Positions 24,201 through 36,035 of a stretch of 64,000 bases of DNA are shown here, piece after piece (the first letter of the stretch is position 1; every line of letters begins with the position of its first letter). The translations under genes and the position numbers were made by a program. The DNA is from Antedon mediterranea. Its lineage: Eukaryota; Animalia; Echinodermata. The notes below the pieces were generated by a model. The model saw nothing but the letters and a program-made list of their open reading frames with translations. It ran no database searches and was not told the DNA's origin. Location: positions 31,856,388 through 31,920,387 of the forward strand of contig NC_092670.1 in the NCBI RefSeq assembly GCF_964355755.1, in the 5' to 3' direction.

Positions 24201-26745
24201 AATTGTTTCTTCTGTTCCGGTTTTTTATTTAAGGTTTTGCACAAACTATTGAATCTTCGTTGAGCCAGATCACGATTGTCTGGTAGAGGTTGTCTTAACG
24301 GCTTGAATGGTAGAGGAGCTACCCAACTACCCTTGTCATCCCTGAATGCATTATTGTCCATTATGTTCATGAACTGATGATCCTCAACAGACATTGCAGG
24401 CTTATCATCGTTTTCTCCGACATTAAATACTGTTCGTCCTATTTCAGGCTCGTTGTCGTTTTGCTCGCTCAAGTGGATTGCATTAGGGCAGGTTGGAAAC
24501 TGTGTGACGTTTGCCTTATATACATTGGTTTGCTCCAGCGGCAGCTGAACTTCGTCTAAACATGTTTCGCCGACAATTACCCAACCTAGATCGAGTCGTT
24601 GAGCGTAAGGAGCATTGTCTGGGCCATTTATCTGCTCTCTGACTTTGTGCGCTTGTACTACATCTCTGCCAATCAAGAGCAAGATTGGTATTTGGTGATC
24701 AACCTCTTCCATTTGATTTGCGATTTCGTTTAGATGAGGGTGATGAAGAGCAATATCAGGGGATGGTATTTCTTCCATGTTACCGGGAATCATTTCACAT
24801 TCTCTTATGTACGGTATCTTTATCAATGTTTTGCCGTCCATAGATCGAATACACATCTTGTTGGTTGATCTTCCCAACGTTTGAACACTTCCTGAGCAGG
24901 TACGTAAGGTAAAGGAAGTAGGTTTTGATGTGTTCCGGAAGTGGTCGAATAATTGTGGTTTTGCCAGTGTCCCATTACTCTGATCGTCAATGACTGCATA
25001 AACCACAAGCGCTTCAGCTTCACGGTTTTCTGGGAAAATCAGTAACTTGCAAATTTTGGAACACGAACGTCCGCCAGGAATGTTTTTGCACACTTGAGTG
25101 CAAAGCGGTGAGAGTGAAGGTTTGACACCATCTTCTCTCTCCTCGCCGTCTTGTTGTGAGGTTGAAGCAAGAGCATCTTGCTGTGGAGGTGATTCTTGGA
25201 CTGCAGTGTTGTTTGAAGTGGCGTCTGGATGCATGGCGGTGATATGCCTCTTGCTTTTACAAACTACACACTCAATCGCTTCTTTGCAGTCACGGGCTTG
25301 ATGTGTGTTTGATGCGCAGCATTTGTAACAAAGGTTACACTCCTTCAGCAGAGCTTTCCTCTCTTCTATTGGTTTCTGCTTGAAGGAACGGCACTTTGCC
25401 AAAGTGTGTCTAGCTTTGTGTATCGGACACCAATTATTCAGTCTCTCTGCAGTCTCTTTTTTGCCATGTGGCATTGGGCCAACATTTGTTCTATTCACGG
25501 CAAGTGATCTTGGGGGTGGTTTGTTGTTGCGTGCAGGCTTCTCTGACACAGGTGATTGGAAACTGGGGTCATTTCGCATATCCGCCTGATTGGTTACAAA
25601 ATCCACAAAAACTTTGAATGGAGGGAAGGTGACCTTCTTTTCCGTCTTATACTGTGTTCCCTTGACATCCACCTTTCTTGAAGGTTATAAGGCAATTTTG
25701 TAACTATCGGATTTACACCATGTGCTGAGTCCAGTGACAGTAATCCGGAGTACAGTCCTTCTTCTTTTGCACAGTTTACTTCAAGAAGAAGGTGTTTAAG
25801 CTCACGAAGCTTCAGGTGGTCCCTGAGTTGGAACTTTGGAAATTCTTCAAGTCGTTGAAGTAGGTCCCTTTCAATGACTTCTGGAGCACCATACGTTTTG
25901 TCCAGATTTTCCCATACCATGTGTAAACCTTTTTCGGGATTATTTACATTGATGGCTCTAAGAGGCATCACAAGTTGTAACGACTGCTCCCCTAACCACT
26001 TTGTAATTAGATCGAGTTCTTGAGACGATGACAAGCGCAGGTCATTGGTGACTCTCTTAAACGATGCCTTCCAAGGTCTATAGTTGGCTGTCTTGTCATC
26101 GAATTTAAGAAGACCTGACGCTACAAGCTCTTTCCGCATAAGATGATTTGTCAATGCATCAACTGCTGGAAAACTGGAATGGTCGACAGGTTGAGATGTT
26201 GGTAACTGCATTGATTGCCGTTGTGGTTCTTCCTGAGGGATGGGTGTGAAATGTCTGGTCACATAGTTTTCCATGCGTTGAGCTGAATTCTGAGGAGGCG
26301 GCAGGCCTAGCCGGTCAGATAAACTTGTGTTGTGGCTCGGAGGCCTAAATTCAATTTCATTATCTTCGTAGGCTGCCGCTTCTGCTGTTGCCATGGCGGC
26401 TTCTTTTTCAGCTTGAAGAAGATAGAAGTCTGCTTGTTGTTAAGCCTTTTGCCTTTCCAGTTCGGCTTCTTTGCGCATAATTTCTGCTTCTCTTCGGGCA
26501 AACTGGAGTTTGGCTTTAGTAATTTCAGCTCTTGCACGTGCTCGTGCAGAGCTGGTTGTTGATGATTGAGTATTGACATGATCATCTTCTGGAGACTGTC
26601 GTTGTGCATGTAGCAATGGATGCTGTTGGTGACTTGTCACGATAGATGCAAGCCTTGGTTCCAATGCTGATAGTCGATTTATTCTGTCCAATCGACGATC
26701 TTCTTGACTACCTAAGTTGTAGTTTCTTCCGGATCTTGTAGACAT
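21264..26745 (-). pseudogene. BEL/Pao gag-pol polyprotein, disrupted
   Basis: Consecutive ORF pieces 26745-26440, 26394-25594, 25672-24032, 24198-22624, 22658-21807 and 21782-21264, broken by stops, frameshifts, a 484-bp duplication and loss of the RNase H region. Confidence 0.9.
23712..24679. repeat. 484-bp direct tandem duplication within pol
   Basis: 23712-24195 repeated at 24196-24679, about 8 mismatches by eye, CAA microhomology at the junction. Confidence 0.9.
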
Positions 26746-27383
26746 GTTGTAGGTTGAGTAGTGTTTTTACTGTGCTGCCCTCGATAACGGTCGCGTCTTC
26801 TAGACAGCCAGATAACCAAATAAGACACTAGATGTACATATAGTTAGAGTTTCGTTACTAACGTTTATTATGCGTCGTATCGTAGTATATTATATTGGTA
26901 AAACTGTGGAGGATTACAAAGAAAAACATTATCTAGACTACATTAAAAATAGCAATACAGCGTACAAACATTGTATTTAGCTGTTTAAGCAAAAAAGGTA
27001 ACGTAAATGCTAATCATATATAACTGCTATACTAACCTAAATTAATTAATATCTTTATTTGCTATAACATTTCAACAACGGTTTAGGCATTAATGGTAAA
27101 ATTATGCCTTATATGCATTAAGACTAGGAATGAATTAACAATAAATCATCGTCCTAGATTGTAGATTGTAGACTGTAATTATTAAAATAGATACTGTACA
27201 TATATAGCCAGTACTATATAAAGTAGTAACTTGATTAAATAGTATATATGGACCTATATATGGCCTAATTAAAAGTTAAAATAACAATCATAAATTAACA
27301 TGTACTCACACACTGTGATTCTCAAATAGAGGCACGTCAAAGATATAAAAAGAAATGAAACTTGTAAACGAAAAGCATATAAA

Positions 27384-30300
27384 TAGGCATGAAGCTGAGG
27401 TGGATTTTTGTTTCATTTCGTGACCACCAGAAAGGGATTTGACCAAATTGACATGATTATTACTAAATATATATAATAAAAGTATTGTGAGTTTTCACAA
27501 ACATATTGCTTGCACATTAGTTTACAATCTCATTTTTAAAACTGATAAAATAGTTTTTTACAACCTCGTACACTACAACCAATCAGAAACATCGTATAAG
27601 CACCTGCTTGGTTACTTCTTGTATTGACCAATCAGAGATGATGTATTATCACTGTTTGGGCATAGTGCAGAGTAAAGATGGCAGCTTACATGTCAGATGG
27701 GGATCACCATTTGCGATGTTTTATGTGCATTTTTCCAAGCAAAAAGTCTTCAGTAGTAAAATTTAATGACAAGACATGGCCAACATTTTTAGAATATGTC
27801 ACCAAATGGAAAAATTTAGAAGGAAAACAAGCAGAAATTGCCAGAAATTACATCGCGAAATGTCAAGAAGGCCTGCAAGTGCCAACAACCATCATGCAAG
27901 ACGAACAAGGTTCAATCTAGGCCTAGGCTAGTACTAGTAGTAGGCCTGCTGTGTGTGGAATTTCTATATGTGCTGGCTTTCATCAAGTTTGTTATTCTAG
28001 GTTTACTGACAAGCAGAGAGTTGAGAGAGTGCAAAAGAAAGTACAATTTGAAGCTAGCATTGGTAAGTTGATAAATATAAAAATTAAAATATTAAATTAT
28101 TATTATAATATTATTATAGGCCTAGGCTAGCCTATATTAATTAATAATATAGCATGCCCTACCAGTACTAGTAGTAGTGGGCTAGTAGTAGTAGGAGTAT
28201 AGGCCTAGCCTAACTAAGCTACTATATTACTATTAAGGCCTACTAGTAGTACTACTGTCTGTAATATACCTAGCCTAGGCTAGAGAGAGGCCTAGCTTGG
28301 ATTGTTATATTTTATTACGTTTCATATTAAAAGTGCTTTCCTTTAAGTAGACCCCTGGCCAATTAAAAAAAAAAAATTGTTAGATGTTTTAGCTTGCCAA
28401 TCCACTTAAGATGATTTTAAATTAAACCGATGGTAATTGTGCAAAAATGTATACTTGCTATTTTGACTCCTGGCCATTTGTTCATAGTATATAAATATGT
28501 TTATGCTTTTGATAACTTATAATTAAATTACTGAAAATCTAAAGCATAATAAGCAGTTATTATAGTGATATCTCTATTTTTTATTGTATGCTTTAGCATC
28601 AACATCAACTAATGAATCTGCTATCAACATGGAAGAGACAGATGATGGTATTTCTCGACCACCACCAATCAAAACACGATGTCTACGTTCAAGCACAGAT
28701 TTATTCAAAAGTAAAGGCAAAGCCAGGTCGCACTGTGTATTGCCAAGCATCTGTGTTCTGTATTATTCTGTGTAAAAAAGACAAAAGCATCACTTGTCGA
28801 ATAACAAGAAAAAGTGTTCGATAATAGAAGCACGTAATCTAGTTCAGGCAGCCAAAGACAACAACAACACTGAACTACTTCTTAAAATTCAAGGTAAAGA
28901 CTGTGTTGCTATCGAAGTGCAATACCACCCTACTTGTTATAAGAACTTTACTCGGTATTTGGGTAAGCCCAATGAAGCAAGTACTTCTCTGGACACAAAA
29001 TATTCTGAAGCGTATGATGTATTTTGTACCACAGTAAAAACAAATATTATTGACAAAAAGGAATTTTACAGGCTGACAAAACTCAATCAATCAAACAGAT
29101 AAAGACTTCCTAGATAAACAATTGCTTCATGAAGAAATGTACAATATACTGTAACTGATACAGGAACAGACACAAATGTGCCCAATGTTGAAGATCATCA
29201 CAGACATAATACACCTTACACCATGAAAGAATGTAATGACAGTACCTCCAGAGACGCATCTGAAGATTCTAGAAATTTCCCAAGACATTGTTTACCCCCT
29301 ACCCCATTATTGTCAACGATTACTAATGACGAACAAGTTTATTTATAATGCACAGCATATTCAATTTTGAAAAAATGTTAAATTCAGTTTTCTTATTTAT
29401 TGTGTCTATAGGTTTAAGAAAACATTAGTTTGCATAAGATATCTTGTATTTTTGTGTTTAAAATTGAAATTTATAAGCTAATTTCGAAGAAATTGCATTT
29501 TTTATTAAAGGTCAGTGACCGTTTGACCTCTGAAGATGTCAATAAATGTTGGATTCATTTTTTAAAAGGTATATTACAATTAGGCAATCTATACACTACA
29601 TACAGAAAAATGCAAATCTGTTAAAATTGTAAGTTATTCACAAAAATGTTACCCCCTACCCCATAATTGTAAATGATTACAAATTACTAAAAACAACAAA
29701 TTTCTTCATAATACATAGCATATTCATTTTTTGTTAATCTTTAATTTCAATTTTCTTGTTTATTGGGTCTATATGTTTATGAAAACATCAGTTTCCATAT
29801 TATCTATTGTATTTTTTTTTGTTAAAGTTAGAAAAAAATTCATTTTTTTATTAAAGTTCAATGACCTTCTGACCTCTAATGTTGTCAATATTTGTTGGAT
29901 TTATTTAGAAAAATATATTAGGCTTAAGCGTTCTATACACTACATTCTGATACCAAGAAAATGTAAATCTGTTCACTCAATCCCAAGTTATTAGCAAAAA
30001 TGTTACCCCCTACCCCAAAATTTTGTGTTGCATATTTTCCGTAGGCGGTGTTATATAATCTTAAAAAATGACTATTAAGCTGTACAATTGGCATTGCTAT
30101 CATGGATTTCTGAAAAGTAGACATGCTAAGCTTTCCAAAAATGTATGATAGCGTTTGCCACCAATTTGATACTGAAAAAATGTCTGGCCCATGTCTGCTA
30201 TGTATGTATAGATATACTTACATAGACAGCTTCATTATAATATGTGTTTTTGATGGTTCATGCTGTAATTACAGGGTAATTGGTTTATTTTATAGCTTTT

Positions 30301-30722
30301 AAAGTTCATTAATTGTATTTCTGATGCAAGAAAACATATAATTAGACATCAAAATCACTGAAATCTAATAATGTTTTCTGTATATTTTGCATATGATAAA
30401 GATAAAAGTTCGTTGACCTTTGAACATTTTTGGTGATAACACCCTCATGTACGATTTGATGCATACCAAACTATATATTTTTGGATTCTTTGCATCCAGC
30501 CGAGTATTTTGATATATAATTTGCCATAAATGGACTATTTTTCATATTTGACCTTAATTGACCTTAAAATCTCGCTAACGAACAAGTTTTGAGCTTGTGA
30601 AAAATAATATGTTGTTCGTATGATCCTACTGCTCCATCATACAAAAAATTACGAAATCCCTAGGTGGTGGTCACGAAATCGAAAAACTAATTGCATATAA
30701 AATGCCTATGGCCTGCTGTCTA
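27384..30722 (+). mobile_element. Defective DNA transposon, probably Academ (TAG...CTA termini, 3-bp TSD)
   Basis: Empty site gcatat-aaa-agctt in the other LTR defines an AAA TSD; subterminal IR atttcgtgaccacc / ggtggtcacgaaat; twin CCAATCAG boxes before ATG 27678; decayed coding fragments including DCVAIEVQYHPTCY (28794-29102). Confidence 0.7.
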
Positions 30723-30835
30723 AAAAGCTTGTGGACTTCTCTCAGTGAATGCTACTGTATTACTAATACTTTATACTGTACAATGTACAAATTAAGTCAA
30801 TGCATTGGAATGTCCAAATCCAAACAAGTGCCTTA

Positions 30836-31130
30836 GGGTATGTTCAGACCTACGGATCAGCTTGGCTATACGATGAGGAGCACATGTCACGATGTGATGT
30901 GGCGAATATTGTAATTTGATTGGCTAGATATCTAACCTAGGTCATATTTATCGATGCGTGACTTTCGTATTGTAAGCGACGTCCACTAAACTCATACCTT
31001 GAGCTTTCGTAGCGTACGAAATATCAGTGTCGTACGAGGTGGCTTCCACTAATCTTTTCCTGGTTCAGACCTATGGACTTGTACGCCGCGTACAATACGA
31101 AAGCATAACTCCGTAGGTCTGAACAGGCCC
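30836..31130. mobile_element. PIF/Harbinger-type MITE (295 bp)
   Basis: TIRs gggtatgttcagacctacgga / tccgtaggtctgaacaggccc; TTA TSD; empty site gtgcc-tta-atgat in the other LTR. Confidence 0.9.
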
Positions 31131-31286
31131 TTAATGATAATACAGTGTGGTACTCCAGGTCAAAACTAGGAGTAACCATGGTAACAATTAAAGTTGCAAT
31201 AAATTCAATAGTGTACTGACTACATTTTATATTTAGGATAACTATACTAAATAAATTTGTAAGGAAATTTATTTGGAGACAAAATA

Positions 31287-31394
31287 GGAAGAATAATAGT
31301 AATGAAACTCAATTATTTTGTCTTCTGCCTCAACATTTCTGACAATCTTCAATAGACAAGAAATTACCAGAAGACACGTATTAAGAAACGACAT
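31287..31394 (-). pseudogene. Receptor copy 4, 5' portion (signal peptide)
   Basis: ATG at 31394: MSFLNTCLLVISCLLKIVRNVEAEDKIIEFHYYYSS, homologous to the copy 5 N-terminus; ends at the TSD. Confidence 0.9.
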
Positions 31395-32419
31395 CTTTCT
31401 AAAATTTCAATTAGAATTATATAGTAATATTATAGTATATAATAATATTATAATATATAATGATATTATAGGCTTAACTTTAATGTTTTGAGTAAGCGAA
31501 TTTAAAAGTACTTGTTGCTGTGAAGAGTAGTTGAATAAAACTGAATGTTTATTTTTAAAAGAAGGAAGTGTAAACTGTTTAAATTCGCAAAACTGTTTAC
31601 TGTACAACGTACTGATTTTAAACATGTTCTGTGAGAGTGAAACCTCAAGTTTAAAGAAAATTGTAGACAATTAAAGAGTGCGCGACAAAATGAAACAATG
31701 TTTAAACATTGGTTGTGTCTTTTCAACATAACTTTTTATCTGACATAATTTCAAAACCAAGGCGTTGAGAATGTAGTTTCAATTCAAATGTGTGTTAAAA
31801 GTCCAGTCCAGTTCCCTTTTTTCCGAAAATATTCGCATAATATAAACTTAATGAAGCAAAACAACCAAAATCGTTCGTTAATGAAGATTTCGACTTGTGA
31901 TGACCTAAGACCTATGAACTAGCTATGTTAATTTATTGTGCGCATGCTGAGATATCTGGACGATTGCGCTTCCTTACTCGATTCATCGACACATACGGAC
32001 GCTATGACAAGGCGATGACCAGCATCACAGTGTGCATAGCTTCCCGCTCTTAAGACCCATTTACACTAGGACGATAACAATCGACGATAAATATACACAT
32101 ATGCATTTATCATACATAAAATAAAAGAAATATAAAAACTGTTCATTCCAGAACTATAGAATAACCATATATGCTTCCTTTTATGAAAATTATATTTTCA
32201 CACGTCCAATCAAATGACGTCATGATATAATTAAGTGAGAGCAATAATATCGTGACATTTATCATCACGTCATTTGATTGGAATTTCAAAAATATTGTTT
32301 TTATCAAAGACAGCATAAATAAAGTAATTTACTAAAATGTCAGGTCAATTTTGATAAATAGCAGTTTTTAAAGTCCTCACTCGCTTTGATGTTACGCTAG
32401 GCCTAGGCAGCCAAGCACC

Positions 32420-32980
32420 AAGCAAGTCAAAAGCCTTTGACCAGTCAAGAAAAATTGCATCGATACGGGGTGGATTGCGACTATCCAAGCATTCTGCCCA
32501 ATTATGAAAAATAGAGACAAGTTGGGTAATGCAGGAAACCGTGTTGGGATTGGGGTATGATACCATGTTTATCAGTGTGAGCTAGCAGATGTTTCGCAAT
32601 AAGTCGCTCAAGCACTTTAACAACGGATGTAAGGGATATGGGTCTATAGTTGAGGATATCAGTTAGCGGGCCAGACTTATGGATAGGGATAATATGTGCA
32701 TGTTTCCAATCAGAAGGAACTTCACCCAGAGTCAAAAATATGTTAAAGATTTTGGTTAAAACAGGAATAACAGAGAAAGAAGAAAGTTTAAGCAAACGAG
32801 CAGAAATTCAATCAGGTCCAGGGGATTTAGAAGCAGCCAGAGAAGCAATTACTGATTTCACCTCATCCTCACGAACCTGTTATGTTATGTAATTGTTTCA
32901 TGATATCAACACCAGGATGACAACAGAACTCAGAAACAGGAGGAACAAAAGGTGGGTCGAGATTAGGAGAGAAAGTGCTT
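32420..32980 (-). mobile_element. CR1-group LINE RT fragment
   Basis: PSDWKHAHIIPIHKSG..NYRPISLTS, QHGF, AIFLDWSKAFD in broken frames. Confidence 0.8.
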
Positions 32981-33619
32981 TGGAGCACACATGCTAATTT
33001 TAAATTATTATAATATTGTCAATAAAATGTAATATTTGTACAAATATTTTTAAAAACCCCTAATTTTAAAAACTCATTCAGCAAAATTTGATGAAGCATT
33101 TTATAAGTATGGAGTGGAAAGTGGCTATGACTGGATAGACATAGGACCTTCAGACCCAAGCGATGAAGAACCAGATGCCTGGGTGAGACAGAGAGCTATC
33201 ACCCAAAGATTGACAGCTCAGGCTGCTATGAAATCATCGAATATTACCCCTGGTAAGTTTATTTTTATTTTTAAAAGCTGATTTGTCGTTTATGCTTTAC
33301 AAATTCTTCCCTATTAGTTGGGCCTCATGAGTACTAAAAATATTCATTCATTTTAATGTTTAGACCAACACGAGCTACTAGACGTCGACAATGATGAGGA
33401 AACAAATTGCCGACCAATAGACTGACATGACAGCTGGATGATGATCCAAATTACTTAACCGATCATGATGCTACGATAGATCAATACAATTACTGAATAC
33501 TTTAATCATATTTGATAATCATAATTTCATATTTTCTTTTTGTAACAATTCACTTTACCTGATGATGTGCTACGCCAAAAACATGTTTTAAGGCAGAGTT
33601 AAAATTTTGTTTTTGATTT

Positions 33620-34272
33620 TATCTACAGTATTCATATACTCTGCCTATGCAGCTCTTTGATTTTTAAAATGTTCAATAATTTAACTTACTTCCGAGCATT
33701 TTAGGGCAAACTTTTGTATTAGACTAAATAGAAATGTATATGTTCCAAACAATTTGACACCAAAAGTAACGCTATACGATAAATAGTTCTTGAGATACGG
33801 TAAAGATATATGAATAGGTCAATAAGAGGTCAATAACCTCACTTCCGGTCATTTTGGGATAAAATATTTCATTACACCAAATAAAAATATGCATGCTCTG
33901 AACAATTTGGGCCTAATCCCAATTTTCTATGATAAGCCATGACCGAGATATGATAAGACCAGGTCAAAGGTCAAACTGCCAGAAACTGCAGTAGCGACCA
34001 TTTTTTGACAAAATGTTCTGTTAGAGTAAATAGGAATGTATATATCGTGAACTATTTGACACGAAAATCAATACTCTACGACAAGCGGTTACAAAGTTAT
34101 AAACTAATTAAAATGGCAGCCATTTTGGACGCCATCTTGAATTTCTCGGAGAGCACAAGGAGGATTTTTCAGGACTTTTAGTATGATGTTCCTATCATAG
34201 TTCTGGACCTTTCCTGAAAAAATTAGCTTGTTACCAGAAATGTCCGGGTCAAACCCTAATGCTCTTGGACTA
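33620..34272. mobile_element. Probable DNA-transposon terminal region (ends GGACTA, Academ-like)
   Basis: Subrepeats (aacaatttg, ggtcaaaggtca, aaaatggc..gccatcttg) ending sharply at ...ttggacta where a truncated HINE resumes; other end not found. Confidence 0.4.
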
Positions 34273-34831
34273 TTATGGCCAGGAATCGATGTGGTTTTGT
34301 TTTCACGGTGCCCAATAAAGAATTACGCGGTCTACGCACAATTTAACGAAATCACGTTTGTAATCATATCTTTCTCAACCATGAATCACAATTAAATATA
34401 ATGTGGTACTCATAAATTTCAGGGCATAAATCATCATATGGCAATACAATTACGTGCGTAGCGCATGTAACGCATGAGTACGCGCGCTTAAAATTTTCAA
34501 AATTTATTTTCGATGAAATAAGAGTACGTTTCAGGCAATTTTAAGCGTTTACAAAATTGCCATGAGCGCGTTAAATGTTATTGCGCACTCTTTTTGCCCG
34601 ATTTCTGTTTTCTTGACTTATTTTCAACTCGAAATTACGTTATACGAGCACGTCAAAAGTGACAGGCTACGCACGTGTAAATTAAAAAAATATAAATGTG
34701 TTTAAAAATTTCAACATTTTTAAACATGTTCAGCAATTCGGTCAGTTGATAGGTTGGTCGGTCGGTTGGTCGGTCGGTCGGTAAACACTAATGAGCACGC
34801 GACTGCAGCCATCTATAATTATGGCCTTGTT
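34273..34831 (+). mobile_element. HINE-like repeat, copy D (5'-truncated)
   Basis: Core nearly identical to 13701-14200, with CACGCGACT...GGCCTTGTT end. Confidence 0.75.
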
Positions 34832-36035
34832 TGACACAGTTTTGCGGACGTCATGTCCACGCGATATGGTGATGATCACAATGTGAATAGCTAATTCTAG
34901 TTTATAGTCCAATAGAAATGAGAACAAAATATTCTTGTCTTAGCTTAGAATTAGATCTTTTATTATAATTATTAATATTAAAAAACTGTTATTTTTTATT
35001 CCAACCTCATTTCTAAACTGATGTGGTGATTTTATCCTAAATATTTTTCAAAAGATTCATTAAAGAAAGAAAGAAAGTAATTTCTTTTATTTATTTATTT
35101 ATAAACTTATTTTACATAGATGACATTTTCATTAAAATTTATGTTCTTACAAATGGTCCATGATTAAAGAAATGCATGCATAATAGTCTGTGAATAGTCA
35201 TAAGTTACAAACATTTTTGTTGTTGTTTTAGATTATAGAAATACATACAAGTACAATTACATTTTAAATACAGATAGAGAATTAATAATAATAATAAACA
35301 GTTAATGTGTAGTGTGAAATGAAATGGTTATGAAAATAATAGTACAGAATCGGAACCATAACAAAATAAACTATTTCATACAAAAGGTCAGAGCAATAGT
35401 ATCGGTGTGTTGTGTTATTTTCTATCCAATTAACTTTCAAATAATTTGTACTTCATTCGTCATAATGTTGTTTTACTTTTCAACTTTCTATTTAAACACA
35501 CATTTTCACTTCTATTATTACGACAGCATAATAGCGAATCGTCAGTGTCCTGTTGTAAACTTGTCGTTTATTGACAATTTAACCTACATAAAACTCAAGT
35601 TGTACTTGTCAGGTATGCATGTATACACGCGTTTTTATTTAAACTTGATGCTTAGTTGTATTTTAGTATAGTATATTTTGTGTCAAACAAAAAACAATAA
35701 TATGGAACAGTTAAGAGAAAACTACTTAACAAGAGATATACAGTAGTAATTCTTTTACAATGCAACAATTTTCATAACTTTATAAACTTATATAATTGTA
35801 GTATAAGTATGAAACGCTATATATACCAAAATATGTATGTTCTTACTAATATTCCGGTCCTGAACCTAGACTAATAAAGTTATTTTTTCAGCTATTGTAA
35901 ATAATGTAATTGCTATATTCAATTATTTCTTATTATTTCAGCATAGTCTCCCAGTGGAAGATAATTATGTAAGTGCAGTTGAATCTTTTTAGACATTTTC
36001 AATATATTCAAATATGGATAAAAATGACTTATCTC

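Larger units (their letters stand above)
17013..31286 (-). mobile_element. BEL/Pao LTR retrotransposon with nested insertions
   Basis: GGAAG TSD at 17008-17012 and 31287-31291; two ~870-bp LTRs (17013-21230, 26771-31286, both interrupted); purine tract agacgaggag next to the 3' LTR; gag with Cys/His knuckles, protease (VIDDQSN), RT (FYVDD), integrase (GIDVFGP, SDRGTNF, GGAWERMI) and Pao-type C-terminus (FWKRWKQDY). Confidence 0.95.
26771..31286 (-). repeat. 5' LTR of BEL element, interrupted by two DNA transposons
   Basis: Begins tgtgctgccctcgataacgg as at 17013 and ends ggagacaaaata as at 21230. Confidence 0.9.

Noticed and set aside
33552-33593. Second hammerhead-like motif (ctgatgat...aaacatgtt)
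   Set aside because: GAAA core is mutated and stem II is weak; at most a dead relic.
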